A stretch of DNA of 62,498 bases, the filler included, from Stramenopiles sp. TOSAG23-2 (taxonomy: Eukaryota): NCBI GenBank assembly GCA_900128395.1. It is 8 parts of 8 records of this genome, joined end to end, with 100 filler letters (N's around TTAATTAATTAA, not from the genome) between each part and the next. Parts side by side here need not be neighbours in the genome. Positions count along the whole stretch, not along the records: positions 11,580 to 23,057 come from LT649930.1; positions 23,158 to 34,630 come from LT649931.1; 6 more parts are not named here. One strand, given 5' to 3'. Below are positions 20,208 through 31,450 of this stretch, piece after piece. Under the pieces are notes generated by a model. That model ran no database searches. It was not told the origin of the DNA and saw only the letters and a list, made by a program, of their open reading frames with translations. Position numbers and translations under genes: made by a program. How positions within the stretch are numbered: position 1 is the first letter of the stretch; each line of letters begins with the position of its first letter.

Positions 20208-22847
20208 TTACAAAGTCACAGGTGTATGAATCTCCCCACCAGCAATAAGTGCAGGGCGGTGTAAGGAGATATTATTGTTGTTCGTATTATTATTTAAACC
20301 ATTTAAAACATTGCCAAGATTCAACATATTGCCTAAATTCACCCCAGATTGCGATTGAACTTGCATTCGCCAACTATAACCTCCATTTGGTTGCAAAACA
20401 TTAAACATTTGGACAATCATTGCACGATTTGGATGGATTTCATCTTCTGTTACGAAAAAATCTCTTGAACTTGTTAAGTTTTCGCATCCAGAGCAATCAA
20501 TTTGTACATTACAAGTACGAAGCGGGTCTCTGTTTGCTACTACCATTGTTATACCACCGCCACCGGCTAAGCCTTTCATTTCTTTATTCGTATATAATAC
20601 AACACTTCCCCCAAGATTTGATTGCTCCCCATTTTTCATTGCAGCAAGTATAATCCCTCTTGCCATCGATTCTGCTGGTATTTTATTTCTAGTCACAAGT
20701 ACTGGGCTAGACGAATGGACTGCTAATACCATATTTTGATCTTGAAAAGAATTTGCTACAATTGGAAAGACAACATATCGACCTTTTTCTAATTGGAGTT
20801 GATAGGAAATTGCTGCACATGGACCACGGCCTGATGTACCAACATAACCATAACCATGCGTAGCTTTACGTAATATTAATAAACCAATATTGGCATATAA
20901 TTGATTTTCATTTCCACGATTATTTTCCTGTGATATTGTCATATCACAACTGCAATTTTTTAAAACTTCGATATCAAATCCTTCAATCAAGTTTCCATTA
21001 CTAGAATCTTTGCCACCACCAATATTATTATGTGGTGAAATATTTTTCAACTTACTTGCAACGCGAACTTCCGTCCATGCTGTTTTTTCAGATCGTACAT
21101 GGCAAATATCAATCGCATGGAAAAATTTAAAAAAATCCTCCAAGGACATAAAAAATACACCAAATGCATTGCCACCGCCATAATAATCAGCAGAACGTTG
21201 TGTATCTCTTGTCCACTCTGCAGAGCCATCACTCCACCTTCCTTTCCAACTAGAACGTCCCCATGGATTCCTCAATTGTATTATTCTTTCAAACGTATTA
21301 TTTGCTAGACGTATGGATTTCACACAAAGTATAGAATATGCATGGCTTCCTTGCAAACCAACATGTTCATATATTGAACGATCTATACCACTATGTCCAC
21401 ACGATGCTGCCATCAAATATCCTGCTTCTTGACAACTGTCTAATTCCACCCATAAATTATCTAATGTTTTAATACTTAAATTACCATCATTTTCCTTTGT
21501 AAAACTATCTTCGTGTTGATTATTACTACTACTATTACTATTACTACTACTATTATTATTATTATTAATAATATCTTTGTTGTCTAATACAACACGAAAA
21601 CAAGGAGCTCCTGTCAATATTTGCAATGCTTCAATGCATGTACCAGATTCAATTGCTGCATAGGATCCATAAATTTTTGCAAATGCTTTTTCTAAAATTG
21701 CTGGCCATAATTGACATCTAGCACCATTTGCATATGCCAACGTGCCATTTTTTGTTATAGGAAACAGACTATCAACTGTTATGATTTGCCAATTGCCATC
21801 TTTACACAATCGTACTTGATATGCTCCAATATTATTTGTCTCTTTTGATACGAAAATTTTATTTATAATATCTAATCGTGTTGCAACAACAGCTAATGCT
21901 GATAAAAAATAACAATCACCTAATGCACCTTGTTGTATATCTTCCGCTGAAGGTTCCCCACGAAAAACTTGATATTTCATTTTATTACCATCCCTACTAT
22001 GAGTCAGTTGTTTCCCTCGCCTCCATGAATCTGCAACTGGTAATCGTCCATATCCTTCTTTTGCTCGTTTATGATTATTTTCCAATGAACCATACAATGA
22101 TTTGTAATTCGGTGGAAAATCTGCATCTACAAACATTTCATTATTTTGTATAGTAGTAGCAGCAATTAAATTAAATGTTTCCGCCGCTGTTTGTTCATCT
22201 AATACTCTTTGACTATGTAAAGATATACTTTCATGAGAGGATTGACGTTTCATCATTTTTCTTGAACTATTATTATTTTGCATTGCCATTTTGTTATTGT
22301 TATTGTTTGACATTTTTCGTTGATTTTCATCTTCCATTTTAAATGAAAGATCCAATGATCTAGCAAAATCTTCATCTTCTTTATTACTATTCCTATTTCC
22401 TCCATTCATATTTTGATGACGATTCCTATTAGAATTATTGTTTAACATTCGTTGATTTTGTTCTTCGTTTTTAAATGAAAGTTCTAACGATCTTGCAAAA
22501 TTTTCATCTTCTTGTATTGATTTTCTTTTCTGTTCTGCTTCTAACATAATTTTTCGTTGAAGTGAATATTCTGCTTCCACATTAATAGATGTAGTTGATG
22601 ATTTCCTTGTTGTTGTTACTGGACTACTACGCTCATTTCTAGGTGTTTGCATAGCTGTTGCATGAATTAAATCTGATAATATGCCTTTCCAACCACGTTG
22701 TGATGGAAAGTCACAATATACTTCTTTCCGTTTTCGATTTATACTTCGTATTACACCAATTTCGTTTCGTTTTACTGCACCAAAGCCATATTTTGGATGT
22801 TGTATTAACATTATTTTTTCACCCACTATAAATTGATCTGATGACAT
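20208..22847 (-). CDS. Calpain-type cysteine protease, SOL/calpain-15-like, with N-terminal HERC2/KEG-type SH3-like domain and two ubiquitin-binding-like helices
   Basis: Catalytic triad: QQGALGDCYFLSALA, SHAYSIL, LRNPWG; SOL-homology-like C-terminus (SSRDFFVTEDEIHP); N-terminal PKYGFG...DFPSQRGWKG; two DExFARSL motifs. Confidence 0.9.
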   Translation of the reverse strand: MSSDQFIVGEKIMLIQHPKYGFGAVKRNEIGVIRSINRKRKEVYCDFPSQRGWKGILSDLIHATAMQTPRNERSSPVTTTRKSSTTSINVEAEYSLQRKIMLEAEQKRKSIQEDENFARSLELSFKNEEQNQRMLNNNSNRNRHQNMNGGNRNSNKEDEDFARSLDLSFKMEDENQRKMSNNNNNKMAMQNNNSSRKMMKRQSSHESISLHSQRVLDEQTAAETFNLIAATTIQNNEMFVDADFPPNYKSLYGSLENNHKRAKEGYGRLPVADSWRRGKQLTHSRDGNKMKYQVFRGEPSAEDIQQGALGDCYFLSALAVVATRLDIINKIFVSKETNNIGAYQVRLCKDGNWQIITVDSLFPITKNGTLAYANGARCQLWPAILEKAFAKIYGSYAAIESGTCIEALQILTGAPCFRVVLDNKDIINNNNNSSSNSNSSSNNQHEDSFTKENDGNLSIKTLDNLWVELDSCQEAGYLMAASCGHSGIDRSIYEHVGLQGSHAYSILCVKSIRLANNTFERIIQLRNPWGRSSWKGRWSDGSAEWTRDTQRSADYYGGGNAFGVFFMSLEDFFKFFHAIDICHVRSEKTAWTEVRVASKLKNISPHNNIGGGKDSSNGNLIEGFDIEVLKNCSCDMTISQENNRGNENQLYANIGLLILRKATHGYGYVGTSGRGPCAAISYQLQLEKGRYVVFPIVANSFQDQNMVLAVHSSSPVLVTRNKIPAESMARGIILAAMKNGEQSNLGGSVVLYTNKEMKGLAGGGGITMVVANRDPLRTCNVQIDCSGCENLTSSRDFFVTEDEIHPNRAMIVQMFNVLQPNGGYSWRMQVQSQSGVNLGNMLNLGNVLNGLNNNTNNNNISLHRPALIAGGEIHTPVTL

Positions 22848-23258
22848 TGTCGTATATACACACTATGGTATGATATTAATACACTGACTTCTGGTATATT
22901 TATAATTTTTACGCATATGCAAGTATAATGCAGAAGTTAATCTTTCTTTTTTTTTTAAACAAAAAATAAATAAATAAATATAAAAACAAATTACTTTCTG
23001 TCACACTTTACAATGTTCATATATGTGATTTATTCAACATATTTTTCATCTCAATTCNNNNNNNNNNNNNNNNNNNNNNNNNNNNNNNNNNNNNNNNNNN
23101 NTTAATTAATTAANNNNNNNNNNNNNNNNNNNNNNNNNNNNNNNNNNNNNNNNNNNNATACACTCCACGAAAGTACTGAACATGAGGGAAAAAAGAACAC
23201 TGTAGTAGTTCCAAAGGGAGGCAAGCAAGGAAAGAAAGGAAAGAAAGCCAATAAAATA

Positions 23259-25901
23259 ATGCCAGCGGCACCGAAAGTAAATTCTCTTGAATTGAAATAC
23301 GAACAGAAAATACCAAATTACTCTCGTGGTAATAGACGTAATGTCACGACAGTGGTTCCAACTAGGATAGGAAATGTGATTAGAATCAATCTTGCAGAAA
23401 ATGATGGCCATAGGCTGCCTGCATCATGGTGTTTTTCACATAAAAAGTTACACCAACACAGTAAATTGCGACGAACAATGTCATGGTGGTATACTCTGCA
23501 GTTTTTATTGCAAGTGTTTGTAGTCATTATAACACTAAGTATGCCATACATAACGGTACCTTCAAGTGTTGGCGAAGCCAGAGCTAATGTTGATTCGCAA
23601 CGTAGATTTTTGTCTACTGCCACAAATGATACAAGCACCAGTAGCAACTCATATCAAAACAATGCGTATTACAATAAAGCGAGAGAAGCGTTAGAAAACT
23701 CAACATTTCAATCTTTACTTCTATCAAAAAGTATTTTTTGCGCTATGTGCCTTTTATTAACTGTTGCACGTAGTCGAAAGAGGAGAGGTTTGTTACAAAT
23801 TTGCACAAAGTATTGCCATTGGTTAATTGAGCTAATATTTATATTTATCACGTTAGGTTCCATATACGGCTTTTATATGCTTAAAAACGATGCGATACCA
23901 CGTTATATTGCTATAACTTGCGAATGTGTTACAATGATCACCTCCTTGATAGCTAAATGTCACGAGCGTAGACTGCACAAACGTGCTGCTAGAGTCAGAC
24001 CAATTGGCATGAAAGCTAAAACAGCTGTACAACCGGTCACAAGTGATAGACGCGGTATGTCAGTTAAAAAGAAAAACAAAATTGTTTCAAGGAAAAAGAA
24101 AGGTAGAAAAGGTTTATTTTCCTTTTCTTCTGACAGCGAGGAACGTAGCAAAACGAAGGTTGTACCGCAGAGCACTGTCGAAGGAAGACACGTATTTGAA
24201 GAGCATGTATTTGACGAAGAGGATTTACTCTCGCACATACAAAACAAAGCAAACGTTGAATGTATCCTGCTTTTGAAGCCCGCCGAGCGTCTTGAGAAGG
24301 AACTTGAGATGATGAGGCACGAAGAAGAACGCTTTAATATGGCAATGGAGGATAGACTTGCATTGAAGATACGGGATGAACCAAAACGCGTATTAGAATT
24401 AGAAAATATGCGTCGAGAAGAAGCACGACAGCAAATGTTTGAAACTGAAATGGCGCAGATTGCAGTAGAAGAGGAACAAAATCGAAGAAGAGAAATTAAA
24501 GAAATGCGAATGGTCGAGGCACAAGAACGTATGTTTATAGAAGACAAACGTTCAAGATTAGAGAATGACATATTTGAACAATGGAGTGCTGTTCAAAAAG
24601 ACAAGGAAATTATGGAATTGGATCATATGAGGCAAGAGGAGGAACAACGTAGAACATACCTCGAAGAGGTTCGTCATTTATGGTTGTTAGATTGCGAAGC
24701 ACATTTAGATGACCTAGCAAAAGAGCAACAATTAGCTAATTTATACTCTATGAGACGAGAAGAAGACCGGCAGCGTATGTTTGAAGTTGAGCGCGAGCAA
24801 CGTATTGTAGCAAATTTAATAGTGATGCACGAAGAGCTACCAAATATGAGAAGAGAAGAAGCTCGCCAGCGCATGATACAAGCGGAGGATTATCGAAGAA
24901 AATATTTAGAAGATCATCAATTACAAGCATCTCAAATGTCTGCAATCAGGGTATTGAAAGAAAAATTAGACTCGGAGGATGTTGAGCTGATACGAGAGGA
25001 ATTAGAAAAAGTGCATAAAGTCTTCAAAGTTGTTGGGGCATTGGAAGTGCTTGTCAAAAAATGCGAAGAATTTGTCCAAAATGAAGTTCAGAATATTAAG
25101 GATGAACTAATTGAAGCAATGAACGACTTTGAAAATCCAAATCATTTAGATCGTTTAGAAGTAGCAATTTCAAAAGCATGGCATTTATTGCATCCGGCGG
25201 AGGAAAAACTATTAAACAAAGCATCTGCTATCGAGAAAGAATTAGAACATTTAAGAGATATAACGAAACAAGTGGAAAATTTAAATCAGACAACAATCGC
25301 GGAAATCAAATCGTTCAAAAAACCAAACGAGCAAATAGTTTCCGTTATTGTCTCTCTATTTATATTGCTTGGACACCAACCTGAAGAATTGGACACATGG
25401 AGTAAATGTACTGCTGCCCTAGGCAAAACAGGAGAAAACAATGTTAAGCGAAGAATAATGAAGCATAAAATCACAGATGTATCGAAGAAGCAAATCAAAA
25501 TGGTTAAAAAATTGATTAAATCAGTCGAAATAACAAAAATTCAAGGTATTTCGTCAACAGCAGCCACTTTGCTTGGATGGGTGATGGGAGTTCTTGCTGA
25601 GTATAAATTATTAGGGCCTAAGTCACGAGCAGCAAGTCGTGCAAGTCTTGTCCCTAATTCGGGAAAGAAGAAGAAAAAGAAGAAAAAAAAGAAAGGAACG
25701 ACCTTAACAACTGTTGATGATAATGATGGTGATGGAGTTGGGAAATCATCTGTATCACGAGCCGCATTAAAAACAGACGATCTCAACGACGATAATTTTG
25801 ATGCAAGATCGACAAAAAGTAGTGGTAGAAAAACACCAACTGGCAAAAAAAAGAAGAAGAAGAAAAAGCGAGGTTCAAGCAAGAAGAGTAAAAAAAAATA
25901 A
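23259..25901 (+). CDS. Membrane protein (about 4 TM) with repetitive coiled coil and a dynein-stalk/microtubule-binding-like domain
   Basis: Four hydrophobic segments in aa ~75-235; six LxxMRxEExR-type repeats; IAEIKSFKKPNEQIVSVIVSLFILLG...W...LLGWVMGVL resembles the dynein MTBD; Lys-rich tail. Confidence 0.7.
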   Translation: MPAAPKVNSLELKYEQKIPNYSRGNRRNVTTVVPTRIGNVIRINLAENDGHRLPASWCFSHKKLHQHSKLRRTMSWWYTLQFLLQVFVVIITLSMPYITVPSSVGEARANVDSQRRFLSTATNDTSTSSNSYQNNAYYNKAREALENSTFQSLLLSKSIFCAMCLLLTVARSRKRRGLLQICTKYCHWLIELIFIFITLGSIYGFYMLKNDAIPRYIAITCECVTMITSLIAKCHERRLHKRAARVRPIGMKAKTAVQPVTSDRRGMSVKKKNKIVSRKKKGRKGLFSFSSDSEERSKTKVVPQSTVEGRHVFEEHVFDEEDLLSHIQNKANVECILLLKPAERLEKELEMMRHEEERFNMAMEDRLALKIRDEPKRVLELENMRREEARQQMFETEMAQIAVEEEQNRRREIKEMRMVEAQERMFIEDKRSRLENDIFEQWSAVQKDKEIMELDHMRQEEEQRRTYLEEVRHLWLLDCEAHLDDLAKEQQLANLYSMRREEDRQRMFEVEREQRIVANLIVMHEELPNMRREEARQRMIQAEDYRRKYLEDHQLQASQMSAIRVLKEKLDSEDVELIREELEKVHKVFKVVGALEVLVKKCEEFVQNEVQNIKDELIEAMNDFENPNHLDRLEVAISKAWHLLHPAEEKLLNKASAIEKELEHLRDITKQVENLNQTTIAEIKSFKKPNEQIVSVIVSLFILLGHQPEELDTWSKCTAALGKTGENNVKRRIMKHKITDVSKKQIKMVKKLIKSVEITKIQGISSTAATLLGWVMGVLAEYKLLGPKSRAASRASLVPNSGKKKKKKKKKKGTTLTTVDDNDGDGVGKSSVSRAALKTDDLNDDNFDARSTKSSGRKTPTGKKKKKKKKRGSSKKSKKK

Positions 25902-26385
25902 AGGAAGTGCGAGTATGAAATACTATTGTGCGTACAAAATATGATAATGCATACTTACATCATATTATGAAGTGTTATATGATACGAAGTTCGTATTAAA
26001 TTAAAAATGTATAAATATATATATTCGTATATTTAATGCATTAATATTATATTTTAATATAAAATGTGTGTGTGGTGTATGGAAAAATAATATAAAAAGT
26101 TTGTATAGCAAAGAAGTAATCATATCTAGGTCCTAGACTTTTCCATGTAAATTTATCCTAAACTCCTTAAATATTGAATTAATCCATCTGCGGGTTTTTT
26201 TTGAATTTTTTGTGATTTTTATTTTGCAGAAAAAATCTTCTTCATTCAAATGTAATTTCAATATAAGAAATAATAGTTAGTTACACAGGAAGAGATAAAG
26301 TTGAATAGAAAGATATATAGAATCCAAAAAGGAAATATATATATATGTATAGTAGAATAAGAACAATAGAATTGATAAAGATACA

Positions 26386-26941
26386 ATGCAATTGAATCCG
26401 AAAAAAGTATTACAGCGCGTGCATGGATGGAAAGGACGTGAGCGTAATGAAAGAATTCGTAGAAATAGAGTATTTAAACAACGTTATGCTAAAATGTTAA
26501 ATAATAAGTCAGACGAAGAGTTTGATTCTGTAAATATTGGCAGAAAATCAAAGAAGGGAAGAAACAGACGGATACCAAAAGGTGCATTGCCAGTTTGGAA
26601 AACTGCAGATCCAACATTTGGGGCACCATCGCCACAAAGTATTTATTGTAGTATATTTTTATTAATTGTATCAGTATGTATATGCCTTCCAGAACTAATA
26701 AGTGCATTGGGACACGTCAATAAATCATGGTTTAGTAGTTACATATCATACGGTCCACAACTCGCAGTCCTTGGTAATATTGTTTTAACTTTTTGGAGTA
26801 TTTGTTGTTATAGTCGTTGTTGCATGACACTTGCATTTGTATTAACACTGTGTACGATACCTTTCATTGCTGTACAAATGGGAATCGTATCAATACCAGC
26901 TGTCATGTCATTTTGTTGTTGTTTTCCCGATAAATGTAACG
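26386..26941 (+). CDS. Multi-pass membrane protein, first exon only (rest missing)
   Basis: Basic N-terminus followed by three hydrophobic Cys-rich segments; G|GTGAGT donor at 26942; beyond ~26995 the ORF is only antisense POLA1. Confidence 0.55.
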
Positions 26942-29900
26942 GTGAGTCACATAGTATAAATTCTGCGTTTCATATGAATATACATAATCCAACTCAAAGT
27001 ATTTTAACTGGGTGTATAATTCGCTGGCAGGGTAGATTTCATGGACAGTTGAATTGCAACCAGGTGCAATGCATGCGTTTCCAAGGCATGATTGTTGTCT
27101 CGTTTTCGTTTGGCATGTACCATCGTCACAACGACTCCAACCATTGTAATACTCATTGCAATATCCACGCATAGCAATTGCTAAAATATTTTGCAACTTC
27201 GTTCCAGTAAACGTATTATGACATCCTGGCGTTGGGCATTTAAATCCACATTCTGCATCTTCGTAGCTGTCAACCTCTGGAAAGCGGTAAACGCCGGAGA
27301 AACTACTACTTTGTTCGCATTTTGGACAAAATACAACTAATGGCTTAGCGTTTTTGAATCTTTCCTCATCGGACATTTGTGAACTTGGCGTAAAACCAAT
27401 CATATCTTCATCCCCTAGATCACCTGAAAAACTACTAATACCATATTTTCTAGAATCCAAGCCCAATTGTTCAGCAATCATAGCCTGGGATGTACCTTCG
27501 ATTGGATCTACTAAACGACTTGTTGGTGGTAAAATTTGTTGTGATAAGTACCATTCTGCATCGATTTTCAACTTTGATTTTACACCAGTCTTTTCTTCTG
27601 CTTTCATTGCTTCAATCAAATCATCCGGGTGGCGTGCTCTTTCAGCAAAGGAACCCGTAATAACGCCTTCTTGCTCCGCCGTGATAACATATGGTATATG
27701 ATCCCCAACATTGACAGGTCTACCACGACGAACCATTTCCAATGCGACGTGTAAATGTGGCATACCTTTCCTATCGGCATAATCTTTCGGGTTTTTGTTT
27801 AAACCTTTCGTAATCGTGTACTTTTCTAATGGCACTGAACCTTCACGTACTTTCTTTGCAACATCTTGCAAGCGCTCATGGATAGATGCAACGACACCTT
27901 CACGATCTTCTCCTGATAATACATGATCTAAAACGAAAAGACCAACTTCTTTTGATAATCCACACCAATCACGACGTACTAAATCAAGACCTTTTGTCTC
28001 TTTCTCATACTCAATCTCACCCGTTTTTCTGTTTTTCGATGCGATTAATGCTGCATATTTTTTCTTTTTCAATAAAAGCATACTTTTAAATACACCATCA
28101 ATTTCAATTTCAAGCAATTTGTACTTCTTGTTCACAGCTTTTTTTACTTCTTTTCCCAATTGCTGTACCCTCTCCCAATCATCGCTACCAGTGTAAATCA
28201 TGATAGAATCTGTATCACCATATATAACATTTAATCCCATCCCGGAAGCAAGGTCAACCGTATTTTGAAGAATTTCACGACCTTGTGAGGTAACTAAAGC
28301 TGCAATTGGAGCTGCGTAAAATCTAGATGCACTGAAACCTAGGCAACCATACATAGAATTAGCAGTTAATTTCAATGCCAACTGGCGTACATTCAACGTA
28401 TTCTTCATTTCCTTGTCTGTCTCCTTTTTTAACAGCTTTTTCACAACACTACGTCGCTGTATCAATGTACGAATAACCGTTGGTAAAACACCCCAATCCT
28501 TATGCTCCGTACGATCAGGCAAATCTGGTATTTTTACTTCATCGCTTGCATCTGCAACAATATCATTAATTCCATCCTTCATGAGAACATCCCCATCGTC
28601 ATGTAAAGGCTTTAACTCGCGAGTTACAGTGGTGTAACACAAGTTGAATTCCTGAATAATGGAAGGATATAAGGAATTGAAATCCAGAAGAAGAACGTAT
28701 TTGTCATAAAGACCTTTTTTTGGTTCCAATACCAGACCACCAGCATATTTAGCTTTGCCACGTTTTCTACCACCTGGTGCCTTTTTCTTTGGCCTTTCCT
28801 TATCTGGAACGATATATTTGCGATTGTGAAATTCATGCAATAATAAATATTCAATACGCTCTGCACGACCACCAGTTAGTGTTCGTATCCATAAATTTCC
28901 ACCTAAGTTCGTCAATTGTTTCGATAATGGAAGCATTTCCGTTCGGAACATTAAGCCTAATGCCATGTACGCGAAATTTTCGGTATGTTTTTTCAAATAC
29001 ATTAAATTATCTTTTGTTGAATAATATCGTGGTACATCTTGCGCATAAATTGATTCAGGGGGCTTTTCAATTTTTAAATATTTTTTTGCCAACGTATTTA
29101 ATTTGAAATTCGAGCTTTTCAATTGCAATACATCTTTTGAACAATGATACGTATCAACAATCAAACGGCCAGGAGATACGCGTTGGAAATTTTTCATTCC
29201 AGAGTTTGCGCCACGTTGATATGCCCGAGGAACTTTTGATAATTTCAAACGTCCAAGTTTTGACCATTGATTTACTTTCAAAGCCGCCATACGGTGCATC
29301 ATAACATCTAAATCATGATCTTTGATAGCATGACCGACAATAATATCAGGATCAGCAGCTTGAATCTTATTCATAAAGATATTTAGCATGGCACGTTCAT
29401 TAGGTAGAGTCTTCAAGTTCATGCCTTTGTTCTGTGCCACAAATGTGGGAAAACCAGGTGGGAACGTTCCTACACCACCTTCTAAGCCTGAATGGATGGC
29501 ACGCACAAGGGAAAAGTTAGATATTTGTCTGCGATCCATTTCATTTGGCGTAGGTTTATGGCAAAGTACATCTTGGTGTGTGATGGCACTGATCATAGCA
29601 ATTTCGTGGTTATGACTTTTTGAATTTAAATACGTTTTCATGCTAATACTCATTACATTCAATGGTGGTGGGTCTATTTTCTCTTTCGTAACGGAGATAA
29701 GTTTTGGATCATCGACACGGCCTTCCAATTTCGCCCAACTTGTATTTTTCCCTGGCAATGGATCGCGAATATCGATCCAACATGGTCCCATTAGTTTTCG
29801 CTTAACGATGAAATTTTCAATAATTTTTGTTTTCGTACCAAAGATGTGGGAAAAATGCTTGCCTCTCACAGTTTCTAAATCCAATGTTGGGAATTTCGAA

Positions 29901-31450
29901 TTGTAAAGTACTTTCATGTATTTCGTACCTTCCTTGTTTCTTGGGATACCATCGTATTCAAATGCATATTTACGTGTTACTGCTTTGCATTTAAATTTTT
30001 CTCCTTGTGTGCCACGTGGGATTACTTTGTTGGATAAAAGTTCTGATATTTCCTGGTAAAGTGCGCCCATATCTGGTTCCGATTCACCCGCGACTGGTTT
30101 TGGAAGGAAAAATAATTGGCGTTGATGCCCAGTTACTTCAATACATGCACTAAGATAGGCTTTTTTCTCTTCCGACCAAACTTTACCAAATAAATGAATT
30201 TTACCTGGTGCATTATATTCATCAGCATATGCATCGAGATAATACATGCGAGTAAATGTAAACGCATCACCATCTTCATCTTTACCTTCCATCGTTGGCA
30301 AATCTTTCGCTGTTGCGAATGTATAAGATGAAACACTATCTTGGCTGCTAGGAGCACTATTACTGCCATTGGCTGATGAAACATCGAACCATCCTCCCTT
30401 TGCAGTTGTATCTAATGATGATGCTTCCTCATCAACAATTTCTTCTCTTGATAATTTTTCCATCGTTTTTGCAGCAGATTTCGCTGCTGCTTTTTGTCTT
30501 TGAGCTAAGAAAAGTGCTTTTCTACGATCTTTCAATTTCTTCACATCAGAATCTTCTTCGACAACAGCTTTTGCTTTTGGTATCTTTGAAGCGGAGGATT
30601 GTTTCTCAGCAACTTTTAGTTCGGTTGTTTCAGTACTATCCTTTTTCAATACAACTACTTCATCGATTGTTGTTGTATTTGGACGGTTTGCTTCTACCAT
30701 GGAAGCAGCATGATCATCCGCTTCTTCATCAATATCAACTAAATCATTTTCCACTTCCATATCATTATTATTGTCATGATCGTCATTGTCAAACGTATTA
30801 TCATTCAAAGTTTGTTGGTTGTTGCGCGATGGTGCATAATTCACAGTATTTTGCACCACAAATTGTTGCTGTTGTGGTGCAGATGAAACTTGCAACATAT
30901 TATTTTGTCGACGTGGAATAGCAGTTGTTATTAAAGCATCGGATGCATTTAATGAATCTAACTCCGCATCTAGATCAAGTTCATCCCCATCATCAACGAT
31001 TGTTTTTTGTTTCTTTTTTTCTGGCTTTGAAGTTCCAGACATGCCAAGAAACATTGCCCCAAGTTTATGGTTGTCCTTCGCCGCAGCTGCATTTAAAGAT
31101 GCTTTTTTTCGTTGCTTCCGCATTCTTTGCCTTGCTTTTGGATCTTTAATAGATGCGTCTTTGCTGTATCTATCATCTTCACCTTCAGCAACTTCAAATA
31201 AATGTTCTTCCCCATCATCATAATATCCAGTTCCATCGTCATCAACGACAAATTCTTCACCTTTCCTGCGCTCATTTACAAGTTTCTTATATTCTTCTTC
31301 CGTCACAACATCATAAATATTATCATCCTCATCATCATCTGATATGATATTTTCTCCACCTTCCCGTGCTTTTGCAATTTTACTTAAAGCTTGTAATTTC
31401 CTTTTTTTATTTTTCGACAATTCACGTCTTGACCGTTCCCTTGTTGCCAT
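26903..31450 (-). CDS. POLA1: DNA polymerase alpha catalytic subunit (extreme C-terminus suspect)
   Basis: N-terminal IYDVVTEEEY...FVVDDDGTGYYDDG, LLDFNSLYPSIIQEFN, KLTANSMYGCLG, VIYGDTDS, KKKKYAA, two C-terminal Cys clusters. Confidence 0.97.
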   Translation of the reverse strand: MATRERSRRELSKNKKRKLQALSKIAKAREGGENIISDDDEDDNIYDVVTEEEYKKLVNERRKGEEFVVDDDGTGYYDDGEEHLFEVAEGEDDRYSKDASIKDPKARQRMRKQRKKASLNAAAAKDNHKLGAMFLGMSGTSKPEKKKQKTIVDDGDELDLDAELDSLNASDALITTAIPRRQNNMLQVSSAPQQQQFVVQNTVNYAPSRNNQQTLNDNTFDNDDHDNNNDMEVENDLVDIDEEADDHAASMVEANRPNTTTIDEVVVLKKDSTETTELKVAEKQSSASKIPKAKAVVEEDSDVKKLKDRRKALFLAQRQKAAAKSAAKTMEKLSREEIVDEEASSLDTTAKGGWFDVSSANGSNSAPSSQDSVSSYTFATAKDLPTMEGKDEDGDAFTFTRMYYLDAYADEYNAPGKIHLFGKVWSEEKKAYLSACIEVTGHQRQLFFLPKPVAGESEPDMGALYQEISELLSNKVIPRGTQGEKFKCKAVTRKYAFEYDGIPRNKEGTKYMKVLYNSKFPTLDLETVRGKHFSHIFGTKTKIIENFIVKRKLMGPCWIDIRDPLPGKNTSWAKLEGRVDDPKLISVTKEKIDPPPLNVMSISMKTYLNSKSHNHEIAMISAITHQDVLCHKPTPNEMDRRQISNFSLVRAIHSGLEGGVGTFPPGFPTFVAQNKGMNLKTLPNERAMLNIFMNKIQAADPDIIVGHAIKDHDLDVMMHRMAALKVNQWSKLGRLKLSKVPRAYQRGANSGMKNFQRVSPGRLIVDTYHCSKDVLQLKSSNFKLNTLAKKYLKIEKPPESIYAQDVPRYYSTKDNLMYLKKHTENFAYMALGLMFRTEMLPLSKQLTNLGGNLWIRTLTGGRAERIEYLLLHEFHNRKYIVPDKERPKKKAPGGRKRGKAKYAGGLVLEPKKGLYDKYVLLLDFNSLYPSIIQEFNLCYTTVTRELKPLHDDGDVLMKDGINDIVADASDEVKIPDLPDRTEHKDWGVLPTVIRTLIQRRSVVKKLLKKETDKEMKNTLNVRQLALKLTANSMYGCLGFSASRFYAAPIAALVTSQGREILQNTVDLASGMGLNVIYGDTDSIMIYTGSDDWERVQQLGKEVKKAVNKKYKLLEIEIDGVFKSMLLLKKKKYAALIASKNRKTGEIEYEKETKGLDLVRRDWCGLSKEVGLFVLDHVLSGEDREGVVASIHERLQDVAKKVREGSVPLEKYTITKGLNKNPKDYADRKGMPHLHVALEMVRRGRPVNVGDHIPYVITAEQEGVITGSFAERARHPDDLIEAMKAEEKTGVKSKLKIDAEWYLSQQILPPTSRLVDPIEGTSQAMIAEQLGLDSRKYGISSFSGDLGDEDMIGFTPSSQMSDEERFKNAKPLVVFCPKCEQSSSFSGVYRFPEVDSYEDAECGFKCPTPGCHNTFTGTKLQNILAIAMRGYCNEYYNGWSRCDDGTCQTKTRQQSCLGNACIAPGCNSTVHEIYPASELYTQLKYFELDYVYSYETQNLYYVTHRYIYRENNNKMT

